Shown one piece after another: positions 1 to 18,562 of a DNA stretch of 32,824 nt. The position numbers and the translations under genes are program-made. Below the pieces are notes generated by a model, which saw only the letters and a list, made by a program, of their open reading frames with translations, was not told where the DNA came from and made no database searches. How positions within the stretch are numbered: position 1 is the first letter of the stretch; every line of letters starts with the position of its first letter. Origin of the DNA: Eledone cirrhosa (Eukaryota); the NCBI GenBank assembly GCA_964016885.1, contig CAXHJY010001507.1:1-32824 (forward strand). The letters run 5' to 3'.

Positions 1-238
1 TATATACTTATTTATACATACATATATATACATATACATACATACATATATATACATATACATACATACATATATATACATATATATATACATACATACA
101 TATATATACATATATATATACATACATACATATATATACATATATATATATACATACATACATATATATACATATATATATATACATACATACATATATA
201 TACATATATATATATACATACATACATATATATACATA
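1..238. repeat. Compound (TA)n/(TACA)n microsatellite
   Basis: Directly visible alternating TA with CA interruptions. Confidence 0.97.
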
Positions 239-807
239 TGGTGGCTGCCAACTCGTTTTCGAGTACGGCCACTACTTTATATCCATGTAGGAGAACCCCT
301 ACCGATGCGCTGAACGAGTGTGACTTTTTAGTCCAGCCAGTGACTTGAAAACTCTGGTACAAACACTACACCTGTGACAATTATTGACACATAGTGCTGG
401 GCCCATGGTACCATGTGACGACAAGTGCAGAGAGATCTCCAGATATAAAGCAATGCCTGTGCCGTGAAGCTTTTATAGTGAGCAAAGGCACTGCACAAAG
501 CCAGTCCCACTCTCTTAACCAAGATGATATTTACCAAAAAGAAGAACAAGTCAACATCATTGGATACCATCAGGGTTGCAGGTGTTATATCAGAGTTTTC
601 CTTCTCCTAGAATTCTGCCTTGACAAAGGCTAAGGGGTCATCTCTCCCGGTGATTTGGGATGGCCATTGACTCTTAAGAGCTCCTTTGCCCTTTGACAGG
701 TTTTGTTTTTAGTCCTGCAGGATGTCCAAAGTCACCCTCCTCACCAAGAAACCTTGGTGGGGTTGCCAGTTTAGTCGCCAACGACCCGACCATGAGACAG
801 GTTGTAC
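239..807 (-). mobile_element. Non-autonomous RTE-derived element, copy 1 (5'-truncated)
   Basis: Direct repeat of the copy at 1939-2550 (offset 1703, about 8 substitutions). The minus strand carries an RTE 5'-type motif (CTAGGAGAAGGAAAACTCTGA), a terminal C2H2 finger [22 protein letters not shown] followed by one residue and a stop, a 3' hairpin ACTCG-AAAA-CGAGT (251-264), then a (TATG)/(TA) tail. No RT or EN coding. Confidence 0.75.
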
Positions 808-872
808 ATACATATATACATACATATATATATACATACATATATATATATATACATATATATATATACATA

Positions 873-912
<40 letters not shown>

Positions 913-1031
913 CATACATATATATATATACATACATATATATATATACATACATATATATATATACATACATATATATATATACATACATATATATATA
1001 CACATATATATACATATATATATATACATAC

Positions 1032-1062
<31 letters not shown>

Positions 1063-1244
1063 CATATATATATATACACATATATATATATACACATATA
1101 TATATATACATACATATATATATACACACATATACATATACATACATATATATATACATACATATATATATACATATATACATATATATATACATATATA
1201 TATACATATATATATATACATATATATATATACACATATACATA

Positions 1245-1280
<36 letters not shown>

Positions 1281-1418
1281 CATACATACATATACATACA
1301 TATACATATACATATATACATACATACATATATATATACATATATACATATACATATATATATACATATATATATACATACATATATATATACATATATA
1401 TATACATATATATATACA

Positions 1419-1454
<36 letters not shown>

Positions 1455-1473
1455 CACACATATATATACATAC

Positions 1474-1536
<63 letters not shown>

Positions 1537-1938
1537 CATACATATATATATACATATATATATACATACATATATACATATATACACATACATATACATA
1601 TATATATACATACATATATATATACATATATATATACATACATATATATATACATATATACATACACACATATATATATATACATACACATATACATATA
1701 TATATACACATATATATATACATACATATATATATGTATACACACATACATACATATATATATACACATATACATGCACATATATATACATACATATATA
1801 TATACATATATATATACATATATATACACATACATACATACATACATACACATATACATACGTATACACATATACATACATATACATATACATATGTATA
1901 TACATATACATACATATACATATACATATATATATACA
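808..1938. repeat. Compound (TA)n/(TACA)n microsatellite
   Basis: Directly visible. Confidence 0.97.
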
Positions 1939-2550
1939 TGGTGGTGGCTGCCAACTCGTTTTCGAGTACGGCCACTACTTTATATCCATGTAGGAGAACC
2001 CCTACAGATGCGCTGAACGAGTGTGACTTTTTAGTCCAGCCAGCGACTTGAAAACTCTGGTACAAACACTACACTTGTGACAATTACTGACATATAGTGC
2101 TGGGCCCATGGTACCATGTGACGACAAGTGCAGAGAGATCTCCAGATATAAAGCAATGCCTGTGCCGTGAAGCTTTTATAGTGAGCAAAGGCACTGCACA
2201 AAGCCAGTCCCACTCTCTTAACCAAGATGATATTTACCAAAAAGAAGAACAAGTCAACATCATTGGATACCATCAGTGTTGCAGGTGTTATATCAGAGTT
2301 TTCCTTCTCCTAGAATTCTGCCTTGACAAAGGCTAAGGGGTCATCTCTCCCGGTGATTTTGGATGGCCATTGACTCTTAAGAGCTCCTTTGCCCTTTGAC
2401 AGGTTTTGTTTTTAGTCCTGCAGGATGTCCAAAGTCACCCTCCTCACCAAGAAACCTTGGTGGGGTTGCCAGTTTAGTCGCCAACGACCCGACCATGGGA
2501 CAGGTTGTACTGGGATACATGTTACCAGTAGCACCAACTGGTGACCTGAC
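1939..2550 (-). mobile_element. Non-autonomous RTE-derived element, copy 2 (43 nt longer at its 5' end)
   Basis: Same features as copy 1. The C2H2 finger codons and stop are at 2073..2002 (-). The extra 5' sequence is 2511-2550. Confidence 0.75.
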
Positions 2551-2822
2551 ATATATACATATATATATATACATACATACATATATATACATATATATAT
2601 ATACATACATACATATATATACATATATATATATACATACATACATATATATACATATATATATATACATACATACATATATATACATATATATATATAC
2701 ATACATACATATATATACATATATATATATACATACATACATATATATACATATATATATATACATACATACATATATATACATATATATATATATACAT
2801 ACATACATACATATATATATAT

Positions 2823-2853
<31 letters not shown>

Positions 2854-2896
2854 CATACATATATATATATATATATACATACATATATATATATAT

Positions 2897-2949
<53 letters not shown>

Positions 2950-2996
2950 CATATATATATACATATATATATACATACATATACATATACATATAC

Positions 2997-3045
<49 letters not shown>

Positions 3046-3085
3046 CATACATATATATATATATATATACATATATATACATATA
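2551..3085. repeat. Compound (TA)n/(TACA)n microsatellite
   Basis: Directly visible. Confidence 0.97.
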
Positions 3086-3094
3086 TCTATCTAT

Positions 3095-5083
3095 CTAAGG
3101 CGGGTAAAATTCCCGAGATCCATGGACGAGTTCTCTCCAGGGGTCTCTGTCCCTCATTATCGCTGCCATATCCTGCATCTCCAACAGAACAGTGTCTGTC
3201 CTTAGGGCATCAACATATGTTAACCTTGGTCTTCCTCTTCTAGTGTGTCCATGTAGGGGCTCCCAAAGGAGCACTGAGTGCAATGTCAACTCTGGATGTC
3301 GGTGAGCATGTCCAGCCAACCTCAGTCTCCTCTGTGTCACTTTTGAGCTGACTTTTGGGATGCTCCCATACAGCTCTGAGTTTTTCATCCTCAGTGTATA
3401 CTGATTAATGTTCAGAGCCATCCTCAGCATTCTCGTGTAGCACCCATCCACCATCTGAGTGAGTCTCTTGGTCAGTGTCCAAGTCTCAGACCCATACAGC
3501 AGCACAGACTCCACTACAGCAATGAAGAGGCGGATTTTCAGGTCTCTACGAAGGTCCGACTTCCACACCGATCTCAAGCTGTGACACGCCGCCCAGGCCT
3601 TGCTCTTCCTCCCAACCACATCATCTTCCGTATTCCCAATCTTTGCTCCCAAATACAGGAAGTCCTCAACCAATTCCAGCGGCTTCCCGCCTACATTAAT
3701 GATCCCCTCTGGTTTCTCAACATTCTCCACCAGATATTTTGTTTTAGTCTCATTCATTCTCAGCCCCACACTCATCGACACAGTCTCAACCTCCCGCATC
3801 AAATCCTCTGCCTCCTTCACTGTATTTGTCACCAAAACTATGTCGTCGGCAAATTCAGCATCCGATACCTTTTTCGCCCCAACTCTCCTGCTCTGAGCCG
3901 GTGCTACAGTAAAGCCAGTGTCCTGGTATTTCTCCAGTGCAAGGCGCATACAATAGTCCACTACGATGATAAAAAGGTAGGGAGCCAATGTATCTCCCTG
4001 GAGCACTCCAGCCAGTATCTCAAAGAACTCTGTCATCCCATCAGGTGTAATGACTTGGGCTTTGGTGTTGGTGTAGAGCAGTGATATCACGTCCACTATC
4101 CTCTTGGGGATTCCATAAGCCTGTAAGATCTTCATCAGGCAGTAACGGTCCACAGAATCAAAGGCCTTCCTAAAGTCAATGAAAACCATGACCGCAGGAA
4201 GGCACTTTGCTCTAGCTCCCTCTAATATCCTCCTCAGCATCAGGATGTGACTGGTGGTTGATCTACCCTCTCTGAAGCCGTTCTGGTTGTCCCTGAGCTT
4301 CTTCTCCATCTCAGGCTGGATCCTGTTAAGAATCATCCTGTTGAGGGTCTTTGCCACAAGTGACGTCAGTGAGATCCCCCGGTAGTTGTTGGTGTTAGAG
4401 AGATCTCCCTTCTTTGGCACTGGGACGATGTTACTGATCCTCCACTGATTCGGGGCAACTCCTTTCTCCAGTGCCCCGTTACAGAACCCCAGGATGATAT
4501 CATCAAAATCACACCTCTTCATCACCTCTGATGCCACTCCATCCTCTCCATGAGCCTTGCCCTCCTTGATCTTCTTCTTGGCTCTCTGAAGCTCCTCTCT
4601 GGTGAAGGGCTCTGCCTCAACATCCAGTTCCTCAAACAGCCTCCTGATCTCCCCACTGCTCTGGGCTGTGGAGGGTGGCTCTCCTAGTAGGGTCCTAAAA
4701 TGGTCTAGCCATTTCCTCTTCCTATCCTCGGGCCCCGTTCCCTGGATCTGACTCGAACACCTTTTCTTCCTCCCTGTGATCTCGTTGATGATCATCCAGC
4801 TCTCCTTACATCCAGATCTGTCAACCGCTCTCTCCACACTTCTGATCTTCTCTATCAGTGCCTCCTCTCTGACCTCAGTGTAAGCGGTACAGAGCTCTTC
4901 CCTCATCACCTCCACAGTCTCCATCCTCTCCTCCGTAGGATCAGCATAGAATTGGTCCCTGGCAGCTTTCAGGTGTTCTCTGGCTGCACACACTTTTGGG
5001 TTTGCAGAGCTGACGTGCTTCCCTTTGTTCTTTTTCCTCGGCACCAGGGTTTCACTTGCTTTCGCCACTGCATTGGTGAAGTG
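3095..5083 (-). CDS. LINE ORF, 3' part: reverse transcriptase and C-terminus (RTE clade)
   Basis: Uninterrupted frame with [63 protein letters not shown] and RRGRP. The track's start MSYP comes from the inversion junction. Confidence 0.95.
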   Translation of the reverse strand, partial: HFTNAVAKASETLVPRKKNKGKHVSSANPKVCAAREHLKAARDQFYADPTEERMETVEVMREELCTAYTEVREEALIEKIRSVERAVDRSGCKESWMIINEITGRKKRCSSQIQGTGPEDRKRKWLDHFRTLLGEPPSTAQSSGEIRRLFEELDVEAEPFTREELQRAKKKIKEGKAHGEDGVASEVMKRCDFDDIILGFCNGALEKGVAPNQWRISNIVPVPKKGDLSNTNNYRGISLTSLVAKTLNRMILNRIQPEMEKKLRDNQNGFREGRSTTSHILMLRRILEGARAKCLPAVMVFIDFRKAFDSVDRYCLMKILQAYGIPKRIVDVISLLYTNTKAQVITPDGMTEFFEILAGVLQGDTLAPYLFIIVVDYCMRLALEKYQDTGFTVAPAQSRRVGAKKVSDAEFADDIVLVTNTVKEAEDLMREVETVSMSVGLRMNETKTKYLVENVEKPEGIINVGGKPLELVEDFLYLGAKIGNTEDDVVGRKSKAWAACHSLRSVWKSDLRRDLKIRLFIAVVESVLLYGSETWTLTKRLTQMVDGCYTRMLRMALNINQYTLRMKNSELYGSIPKVSSKVTQRRLRLAGHAHRHPELTLHSVLLWEPLHGHTRRGRPRLTYVDALRTDTVLLEMQDMAAIMRDRDPWRELVHGSREFYPP

Positions 5084-5295
5084 TCCTGGGTATGACATTA
5101 AACTACATCCAGTGGCAAGGCTCCAGTTCGGGAGTTCAGGAGATGTGGGGAATGTGGAGTTACCCCTTAGTTGTCATGACTCCCAGGTCTGCCCTGGCGC
5201 GGGGTGGTAGTACCTGTTAGGGCTCCATTTATGGGTTAAATAACTACCTTATTCGAGTGGCGCCGGTAAGGTATTGTCAGCCATTGAAAAGAAAT

Positions 5296-6414
5296 ATGGA
5301 GAGTCGATCTAACAGCACTAGGGTTAGAGCCCCTAATTACACTGTCAAGGAGCAGCCTGGTCGTTATGACTCTGCTGGCTTAGAGCCACAGAGAGGGCCA
5401 GTGGATGATGGATCAGCTGTCTCTGAGACAAATATAAAGAATGCAGTTTTGTCCTGCAGAAGAGCCATCAAAATGGGCACTTTGAATGTGAGGACTATTC
5501 GAACGCTGGAGAAGAGAGAGGAGTTGGGACATCTGTTCGAGGAGAGTGGTATACAGATACTTGCGATCCAAGAACACAGGATTCTACACGATGAGCCCGT
5601 GAGGAGTGTGATGATCGGGAGGAAGAGCCAGCTCATCACTACATCGGCAGTGAAGAACACAACAAATGCTGCAGTAGGAGGAGTGGGTTTTGTGTTCAGT
5701 GCAAAAACCAATCTGTTGGTGAGGGAAATAATGCCTATCTCCCCGCGAGTGTTGAGGGTGACCTTCAATGGAAACCCAAGAATGACAGCCATCTCAGCCT
5801 ATAGTCCAACCGAGGGGGACAGTGATGTGAATGCCGAGGAGTTCCATGAGGAGGTGTGTGGGGCTGTCAACACCACCCAGGCACACAATATCCTGCTTGT
5901 TTTGGGGGACTTCAATGCACATCTGAGTAAGGAGGGCAGTGAAGATCCTTGCTGGTACTTCCATAACAACACCAACCGAAATGGAAGACTACTGAGAGAC
6001 ACCCTGCTGGAGGCGAACTTGATGGCGACCAACCTAAGGTTTAGGAAGAATCTGAGGAAGAAGTGGACCTACATCTCAGATATGCACCTGTCCAAGTCCC
6101 AGATTGATTTCATTCTGGTGAGGAAAAAGTGGCGGAATAGTGTTCTGAACACGGAACCATACAGCTATTTCAGTACACTGGGTAGTGACCACCGGCTTGT
6201 TATGAGTGAGGTCCGCGTGAGCTTAAGAAAGAGCAAGGCTCGGCCCCGGAGAACAATCTATGACTGGGGAGCTTTCAAGGAAGATGATAAGCTACAGGAG
6301 AGGTTCACAGTGGAAGTGAGAAACAGGTTTAGTGCTCTGTGTGGAGAGTCAGAGGAGAGAGAGATTGGATGGACTGAGGAGAGTGTGACGAGGAGGTACG
6401 GGCACTTCACCAAT
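5296..6414 (+). CDS. LINE ORF, 5' part: apurinic/apyrimidinic-like endonuclease (APE)
   Basis: ATG at 5296. Motifs [32 protein letters not shown] and SDH. The frame is open to GHFTN at 6414 and then runs into microsatellite. Confidence 0.95.
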
Positions 6415-9229
<2,815 letters not shown>

Positions 9230-9492
9230 TTATGAAGAGAGAAGAAACATTTAGATATAATTAGTAATAAAATGTATCATACCTAAACTGTTCCTAAATT
9301 CCTCGACTACGTAGTTTCGTGGCATAAACAAAAACAATATATCAAAGATATAGAGTCCTTGCGAGGTCTGCCGACTTATCAAGAGGATACCTCATTTTAC
9401 TAGTCTCAAGAACGCGTCTACACGACGTGAGAAAGGATCCCAAAAGGCGGAGGGGGAGATAGTCACGCGATATAACGGTCGAGAAACAGAGC
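9230..9492 (-). mobile_element. Short non-coding insert with a hammerhead; probable PLE pseudo-LTR fragment
   Basis: A 263-nt unique island inside the microsatellite, containing a type I HHR with the palindromic minimal helix III typical of PLEs. Confidence 0.65.
9300..9387 (-). ncRNA. Type I hammerhead ribozyme, U3-A8 core variant, extended helix II
   Basis: Minus strand: TCCTC (I) TTGATAA (core) GTCGGCA..44 nt..TGCCAC (II) GAAA C-TACGTA-G (III) TC GAGGA (I'). GUC cleavage triplet. Confidence 0.8.
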
Positions 9493-14734
<5,242 letters not shown>

Positions 14735-15002
14735 CAAGATACACCTTTAGCTAGTTTACAAATTCAGTATCCAAGATACTCCTTTAGCTTCATACCCATC
14801 ATTGGAGCTACGGGTTATATACCAACCCGCTTGGACCAAAGTATGACTGAACTTGGATTTGCCGACAAAAAGCGCAGCTCCCTAATTCATAGTCTACAAA
14901 TGGCTGTTATTCAAGGGATGACAATTTCTTTTCTTTTACAACCTTGCCACCAGGAAGGTGGCCGGTCAAAAAAATATACTCGAAATTAAGAGAAAGAGAT
15001 AA
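14735..15002 (+). mobile_element. 3' end of an RLE-type non-LTR retrotransposon (R4/Dong-like), degenerate
   Basis: Translation [35 protein letters not shown]...[12 protein letters not shown] resembles the C-terminus after the restriction-like endonuclease core (P-hydrophobic-GAxG-IP). A short 3'UTR is followed by a (TACA)n tail. Confidence 0.6.
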
Positions 15003-15030
15003 TACATACATACATACATACATACATACA

Positions 15031-15092
<62 letters not shown>

Positions 15093-15156
15093 CATATATA
15101 TATATAGATAGATATATACTATAGATATATGTGTGTGTATGTATATGTGTGTGTGT
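15003..15156. repeat. (TACA)n, (CA)n, (TA)n and (TG)n compound microsatellite
   Basis: Directly visible. Confidence 0.95.
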
Positions 15157-16506
15157 GTTGGGGGGTTGGGTTTATCGAGTGTCCAACAGCACCCAATAAG
15201 ATGTTTCATGGATGACCTCACTCTGACAACCACGACCCAGGTGGAGGCGAGGCAGGTGTTAGCTGTGCATGACCATGTGGCGTCATGGACAATGATGAAG
15301 TTCAAGCCAAGGAAATCCAATGCAGCAACAAGTTATTCCATCAATCCAGGGAAACCCAACAAAATGCCTTGGAAAGTGGTGTGTTGACTCACTTTCTGAC
15401 AGGAAGAGCATCACCAATACAGAAAGGCAGACAGAGGAATGGCTGAAGAGAATTTGGAAATCTGGGCTCCCAGGGAAGTTTAACACATAGCGCTACCAGT
15501 ATGACCTGTTTCTGTGCCTCATATGGCTTCTAGTCGTGTATAAGGTTGTTATGTCAAGGGCGGAGTGAATGGAGAGGAAGATCAACAAATACTTCCGACA
15601 GTGGCTGGGAATCCCTCCAAGCTTCATGTGGATTGGCTGGGAATCCCTCCAAGCTTCATGTGGATTGGCAGTATCGGTAGGGGGTCTGACGCTATGCTTT
15701 GCAGCAAAGAGTTACGCCCCTTTATGGTTTGAGTTCAAATCCCGCCGAGGTTAACTTTGCCTTTCATCCTTACGGGGTCGATAAAATAAAGTACCAGTAA
15801 TGCACTGGATAATTGCTGGCCTTGTGCCAAAAGTAGAAACAATTATTTGGCCTCTATATAAGATCAAGACAGTTCCAGCTTCCTCTGTCATCTGTGGTGG
15901 AGGAATTCAAGGTGGCAAAGTGCAGAATGACGATGTTGTTTAAAGACACACAGGACACACAAGTCAGAGATACATGTGTTATTATAAGATCAGGACACAA
16001 ATGGACAGCTGACACTTCTGTCTTACAAGAAGAAAGTATGCTGAAGCTATGAGACATCATCGGAATAACATGCACAGGAAGAGGAGGTCTTGGAACTTCC
16101 AATTTCCAACTATGGGGAAAAGTAGACAAATAAGAGTGGAGAACCATGATCCAGGAAGAAGAGAGGTACCAGGAGGGGGAAAATCAAGGGCTGTTGAACT
16201 AACATCCCAGGGAGCCGGGACTAATTAGAACCTCCACAAGAGGAAGATTTCTTGAGTAGATTTCTTGAGTAGATTTATTGAGATGGAACATTTCCGAATC
16301 TCCTAGTTGCGATCGGTTTATGATAAGCTACCAACCCCAACAAATATGCACAGGTGGGGACTGAGCGAGGATGAATCGTGTAGGCTCTGTGGAAAAAGAG
16401 GCACCATGGCACACATTTTATCAGGGTGTAAAACTGCTCTTTCCCATGGGAGATATAGATGGCGCCACGATAAGGTGCTCATGGCGCTCGCCAACACTCC
16501 GAGAGA
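15157..16506 (+). pseudogene. Degraded HERO-like RLE non-LTR retrotransposon fragment (RT core to CCHC knuckle)
   Basis: Collinear motifs across frames: PIRCFMDDLTL..MKFKPRKS, SGLPGKF, MERKIN..WLGIP, QLPLSSVVEEFKVAK, DIIG..GRGGLG, RSVYDKLPTPTNMHRWG, CRLCGKRGTMAHILSGC and RYRWRHDKVL. Several stops and frameshifts; interrupted by a SINE. Confidence 0.85.
15662..15847 (+). mobile_element. tRNA-derived SINE with Meta-like central domain
   Basis: A-box-like TGGCAGTATCGG, B box GAGTTCAAATCCC (15731-15743), and central CTTTGCCTTTCATCCTTACGGGGTCGATAAAATAAAGTACC. A homologous copy lies at 22463-22650 (-). Confidence 0.8.
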
Positions 16507-16657
16507 AACTATTTTTTAATATATCTATGGCGTTCATAGATATATGGAACACACGATCGTTAGCCGAACACCCCTAACTACTAAGCAACGTGCCATGACC
16601 AGATATTATTAAATTTTATAATAAATGATGTAGAAATAAATATAGAGTATTAATTAC

Positions 16658-16788
16658 CTTCCTTGTATTAATTCTATGAGATCTTCGTCAATATTGGCCT
16701 TAACTCTACATTCGATCAATAAGCTATACAGAACGGAGATATAAAAGATGGCTTTTATATATGCTTCTCGCCAGCGGATCTGCTTCAT
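16658..16788 (-). CDS. Candidate first coding exon of a host secreted or membrane protein
   Basis: Acceptor ttctctaaattttcag| opens the exon at 16793, ATG is at 16788, and donor AAG|gtaatt follows 16658 (phase 2). It encodes MKQIRWREAYIKAIFYISVLYSLLIECRVKA-NIDEDLIELIQG, with signal-peptide-like n/h/c regions. Confidence 0.5.
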
Positions 16789-16834
16789 TTTCCCTGAAAA
16801 TTTAGAGAAAAATGCAGTTGTTATTTTATGTTGT

Positions 16835-16899
16835 TACACACACACACTTACATATATATATACACGTATGTGTACATATATATATATATATATACAGAT

Positions 16900-16982
<83 letters not shown>
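16835..16982. repeat. (CA)n/(TA)n microsatellite
   Basis: Directly visible. Confidence 0.95.
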
Positions 16983-16986
<4 letters not shown>

Positions 16987-17189
16987 CTGCCATATTTTAT
17001 TTACCTTTTCTATCGTTAGTATGGTATGCGGTTTACTCCAGTTGATATTTCTAGCCTGTACGCCAACCACGTAAGTAGATTCCTTATAGAGTTGGGTTAT
17101 ACTTTCATTGGCTCCTCGAAAATAAAACTACTGTTGATCTGATGTTATGTGAAAAAATCAGCCATATACTACAGAAATAAGCCCAGACA

Positions 17190-17336
17190 TGTCTATAAGG
17201 AGTTCGCTTCGCAACTACGTGGTTCTGGATTGAACCTCGCTGCACGGTATCATAGGAAACCGTTTTCTACTGTAGCCTCGGGTAGACCAATGCCTCGTGA
17301 GTGGAATTTGGTAGACAGAAACTGCAGAAACCTGTC

Positions 17337-17340
<4 letters not shown>
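17190..17340 (+). mobile_element. Degenerate tRNA/CORE-like SINE ending in microsatellite
   Basis: The segment GTGAGTGGAATTTGGTAGACAGAAACTGCAGAA matches the reverse complement of part of 21520-21665. A (TG)(TA)n tail follows. Confidence 0.65.
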
Positions 17341-17404
<64 letters not shown>

Positions 17405-17610
17405 AGTAGTGATTTGCTTGAAGCCCGAATTTGCATTTTTGGTAAAAATTCCAAGGTAATAAGAAAAGAGAAGTAAAAAGGACACAATGTAGTAAAGTAA
17501 AAGAAACAGGACGATAGGAAATTACCTCACCCATGTTACCAAACACGCATTGTCAGGCTTCCAAATAACTAAATAACCTTACTTCTTATTTGCATTTGTT
17601 TCTCATATAT

Positions 17611-17830
17611 AAACGGCTTGAACTCTGCCGTCGGGGTTAAATTTTTTCCTATTACCCACTCTACTACCTATTATCCACGCACCAGAGAACTCAATACTTA
17701 GGGTAATAGAGTGGGTAATAAGTAAATGTTTAACCCCGACGGCAGAGCTCAACGCGTTTCGACGGCTATTTCTGAGTCCAGAAATAGCCGTCGAAACAGC
17801 TTGAGCTCTGCCGTCGGGGTTAAACATTTT

Positions 17831-17882
<52 letters not shown>

Positions 17883-17893
17883 AAAATGTTTAA
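17611..17893. mobile_element. Fold-back array of PLE-like hammerhead-3'-half/tail units
   Basis: Units in +, -, + orientation, plus a short - piece after (TA)n. Main hairpin arms are 17724-17774 and 17779-17829 (3 mismatches, loop AGTC). Homologous to 28497-28699. Confidence 0.75.
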
Positions 17894-18022
17894 TATATAG
17901 GATAACAAGGTATTGTTTAAGGAAATCCAGATAGAGATTATGACTACTCTGTACAGCCGACCATGTTATTCTTCATTGTTTTGCTATATATATATATATA
18001 CGTGTGTGTGTGTCTGTGTGTG

Positions 18023-18141
18023 CCGGGTGGCGCAAAAGTGACGCACCAATAAATTAATATTATGTAAATGAAATGCCAGATTATTTTTTTATATATTCTT
18101 TTTCTCATGATAGGGTGGAGCATGACTTTTGTGCTATCCTC
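18023..18141. mobile_element. Possible degenerate Tc1/mariner-type MITE
   Basis: Imperfect ~25-nt terminal inverted repeats (CCGGGTGGCGCAAAAGTGACGCACC versus the reverse complement of the right end, GAGGATAGCACAAAAGTCATGCTCC). AT-rich interior, TA at the right end. Confidence 0.4.
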
Positions 18142-18187
18142 TATGTGTATGTATGTATATATATGATATATATATATATATATATAT

Positions 18188-18562
18188 AGTCCCTTCATTT
18201 CTAACTTCAACACTCTCACAAGCACTAACGGTTCTTTCCGTATCCGCCACTTCTTCACCTGCACATCCACCCACGTAGTTTATGCCCTCCGGTGTTCCCT
18301 TTGCGGGTCCAAATACATTGGACAAAAAGGCCACCGTCTTGTGGACCGTTTCGCTGAACACTTGAGAGACATATAACTTGGCAGGGATACTCTCGTCGTT
18401 TGTCACTTCCGTTCGCCAGGTCACTCCACTCTACATGTTTCAGTCCTAGGTGTTTTTTTACATCACGGATCGTTGGCCTCACACACCAGGACTGAGCAGA
18501 GTCTGATTTTCCGCCTTGGGTCCAATTTCCCTAATGGACTCAACACCTCGCCCAATCTTTTT
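18188..18562 (+). pseudogene. Penelope-like (Neptune-type) GIY-YIG endonuclease fragment
   Basis: SPFI..GSFRIRHFFTCTSTHVVYALRCSLCGSKYIGQKGHRLVDRFAEHLRDI*..HF..GHS..EQSLIFRLGSNFPNGLN, with one in-frame TAA (18374-18376). Only its last part appears in the ORF track (18473..18709). Confidence 0.88.

Larger units (their letters stand above)
3086..6414. mobile_element. RTE-clade LINE, near full length, with inverted 5' half
   Basis: RT half on - (5083->3086, ending in a (TAGA)3 tail). 5'UTR plus APE half on + (5081->6414). The 12-mer CACTTCACCAAT (codons HFTN) occurs at both breakpoints: 6403-6414 on + and 5083-5072 on -. Confidence 0.93.

Noticed and set aside
328-633. 79-80 aa ORFs repeated at 2031-2336
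   Set aside because: They are conserved only because the element is duplicated and have no protein features. The meaningful frame is the short C2H2 one.
3581-6032. ORFs 3581-4084, 3600-3896, 5364-5792, 5799-6032 and 5025-5210
   Set aside because: The first four are antisense shadows of the LINE ORF halves and the last spans the inversion junction. None has recognisable motifs.
15662-15745. tRNA gene
   Set aside because: A and B boxes are present, but there is no cloverleaf and the sequence continues into a SINE body.
17020-17076. Plus-strand 51-nt segment between AG and GTAAGT encoding YGMRFTPVDISSLYANH, resembling either a mini-exon or PLE RT motif A
   Set aside because: Too short, and no further RT motifs or partner exons are visible. 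It cannot be resolved without a search.
17611-17829. CRISPR-like array or rho-independent terminator
   Set aside because: The context is eukaryotic, and the repeats are inverted with no spacers.
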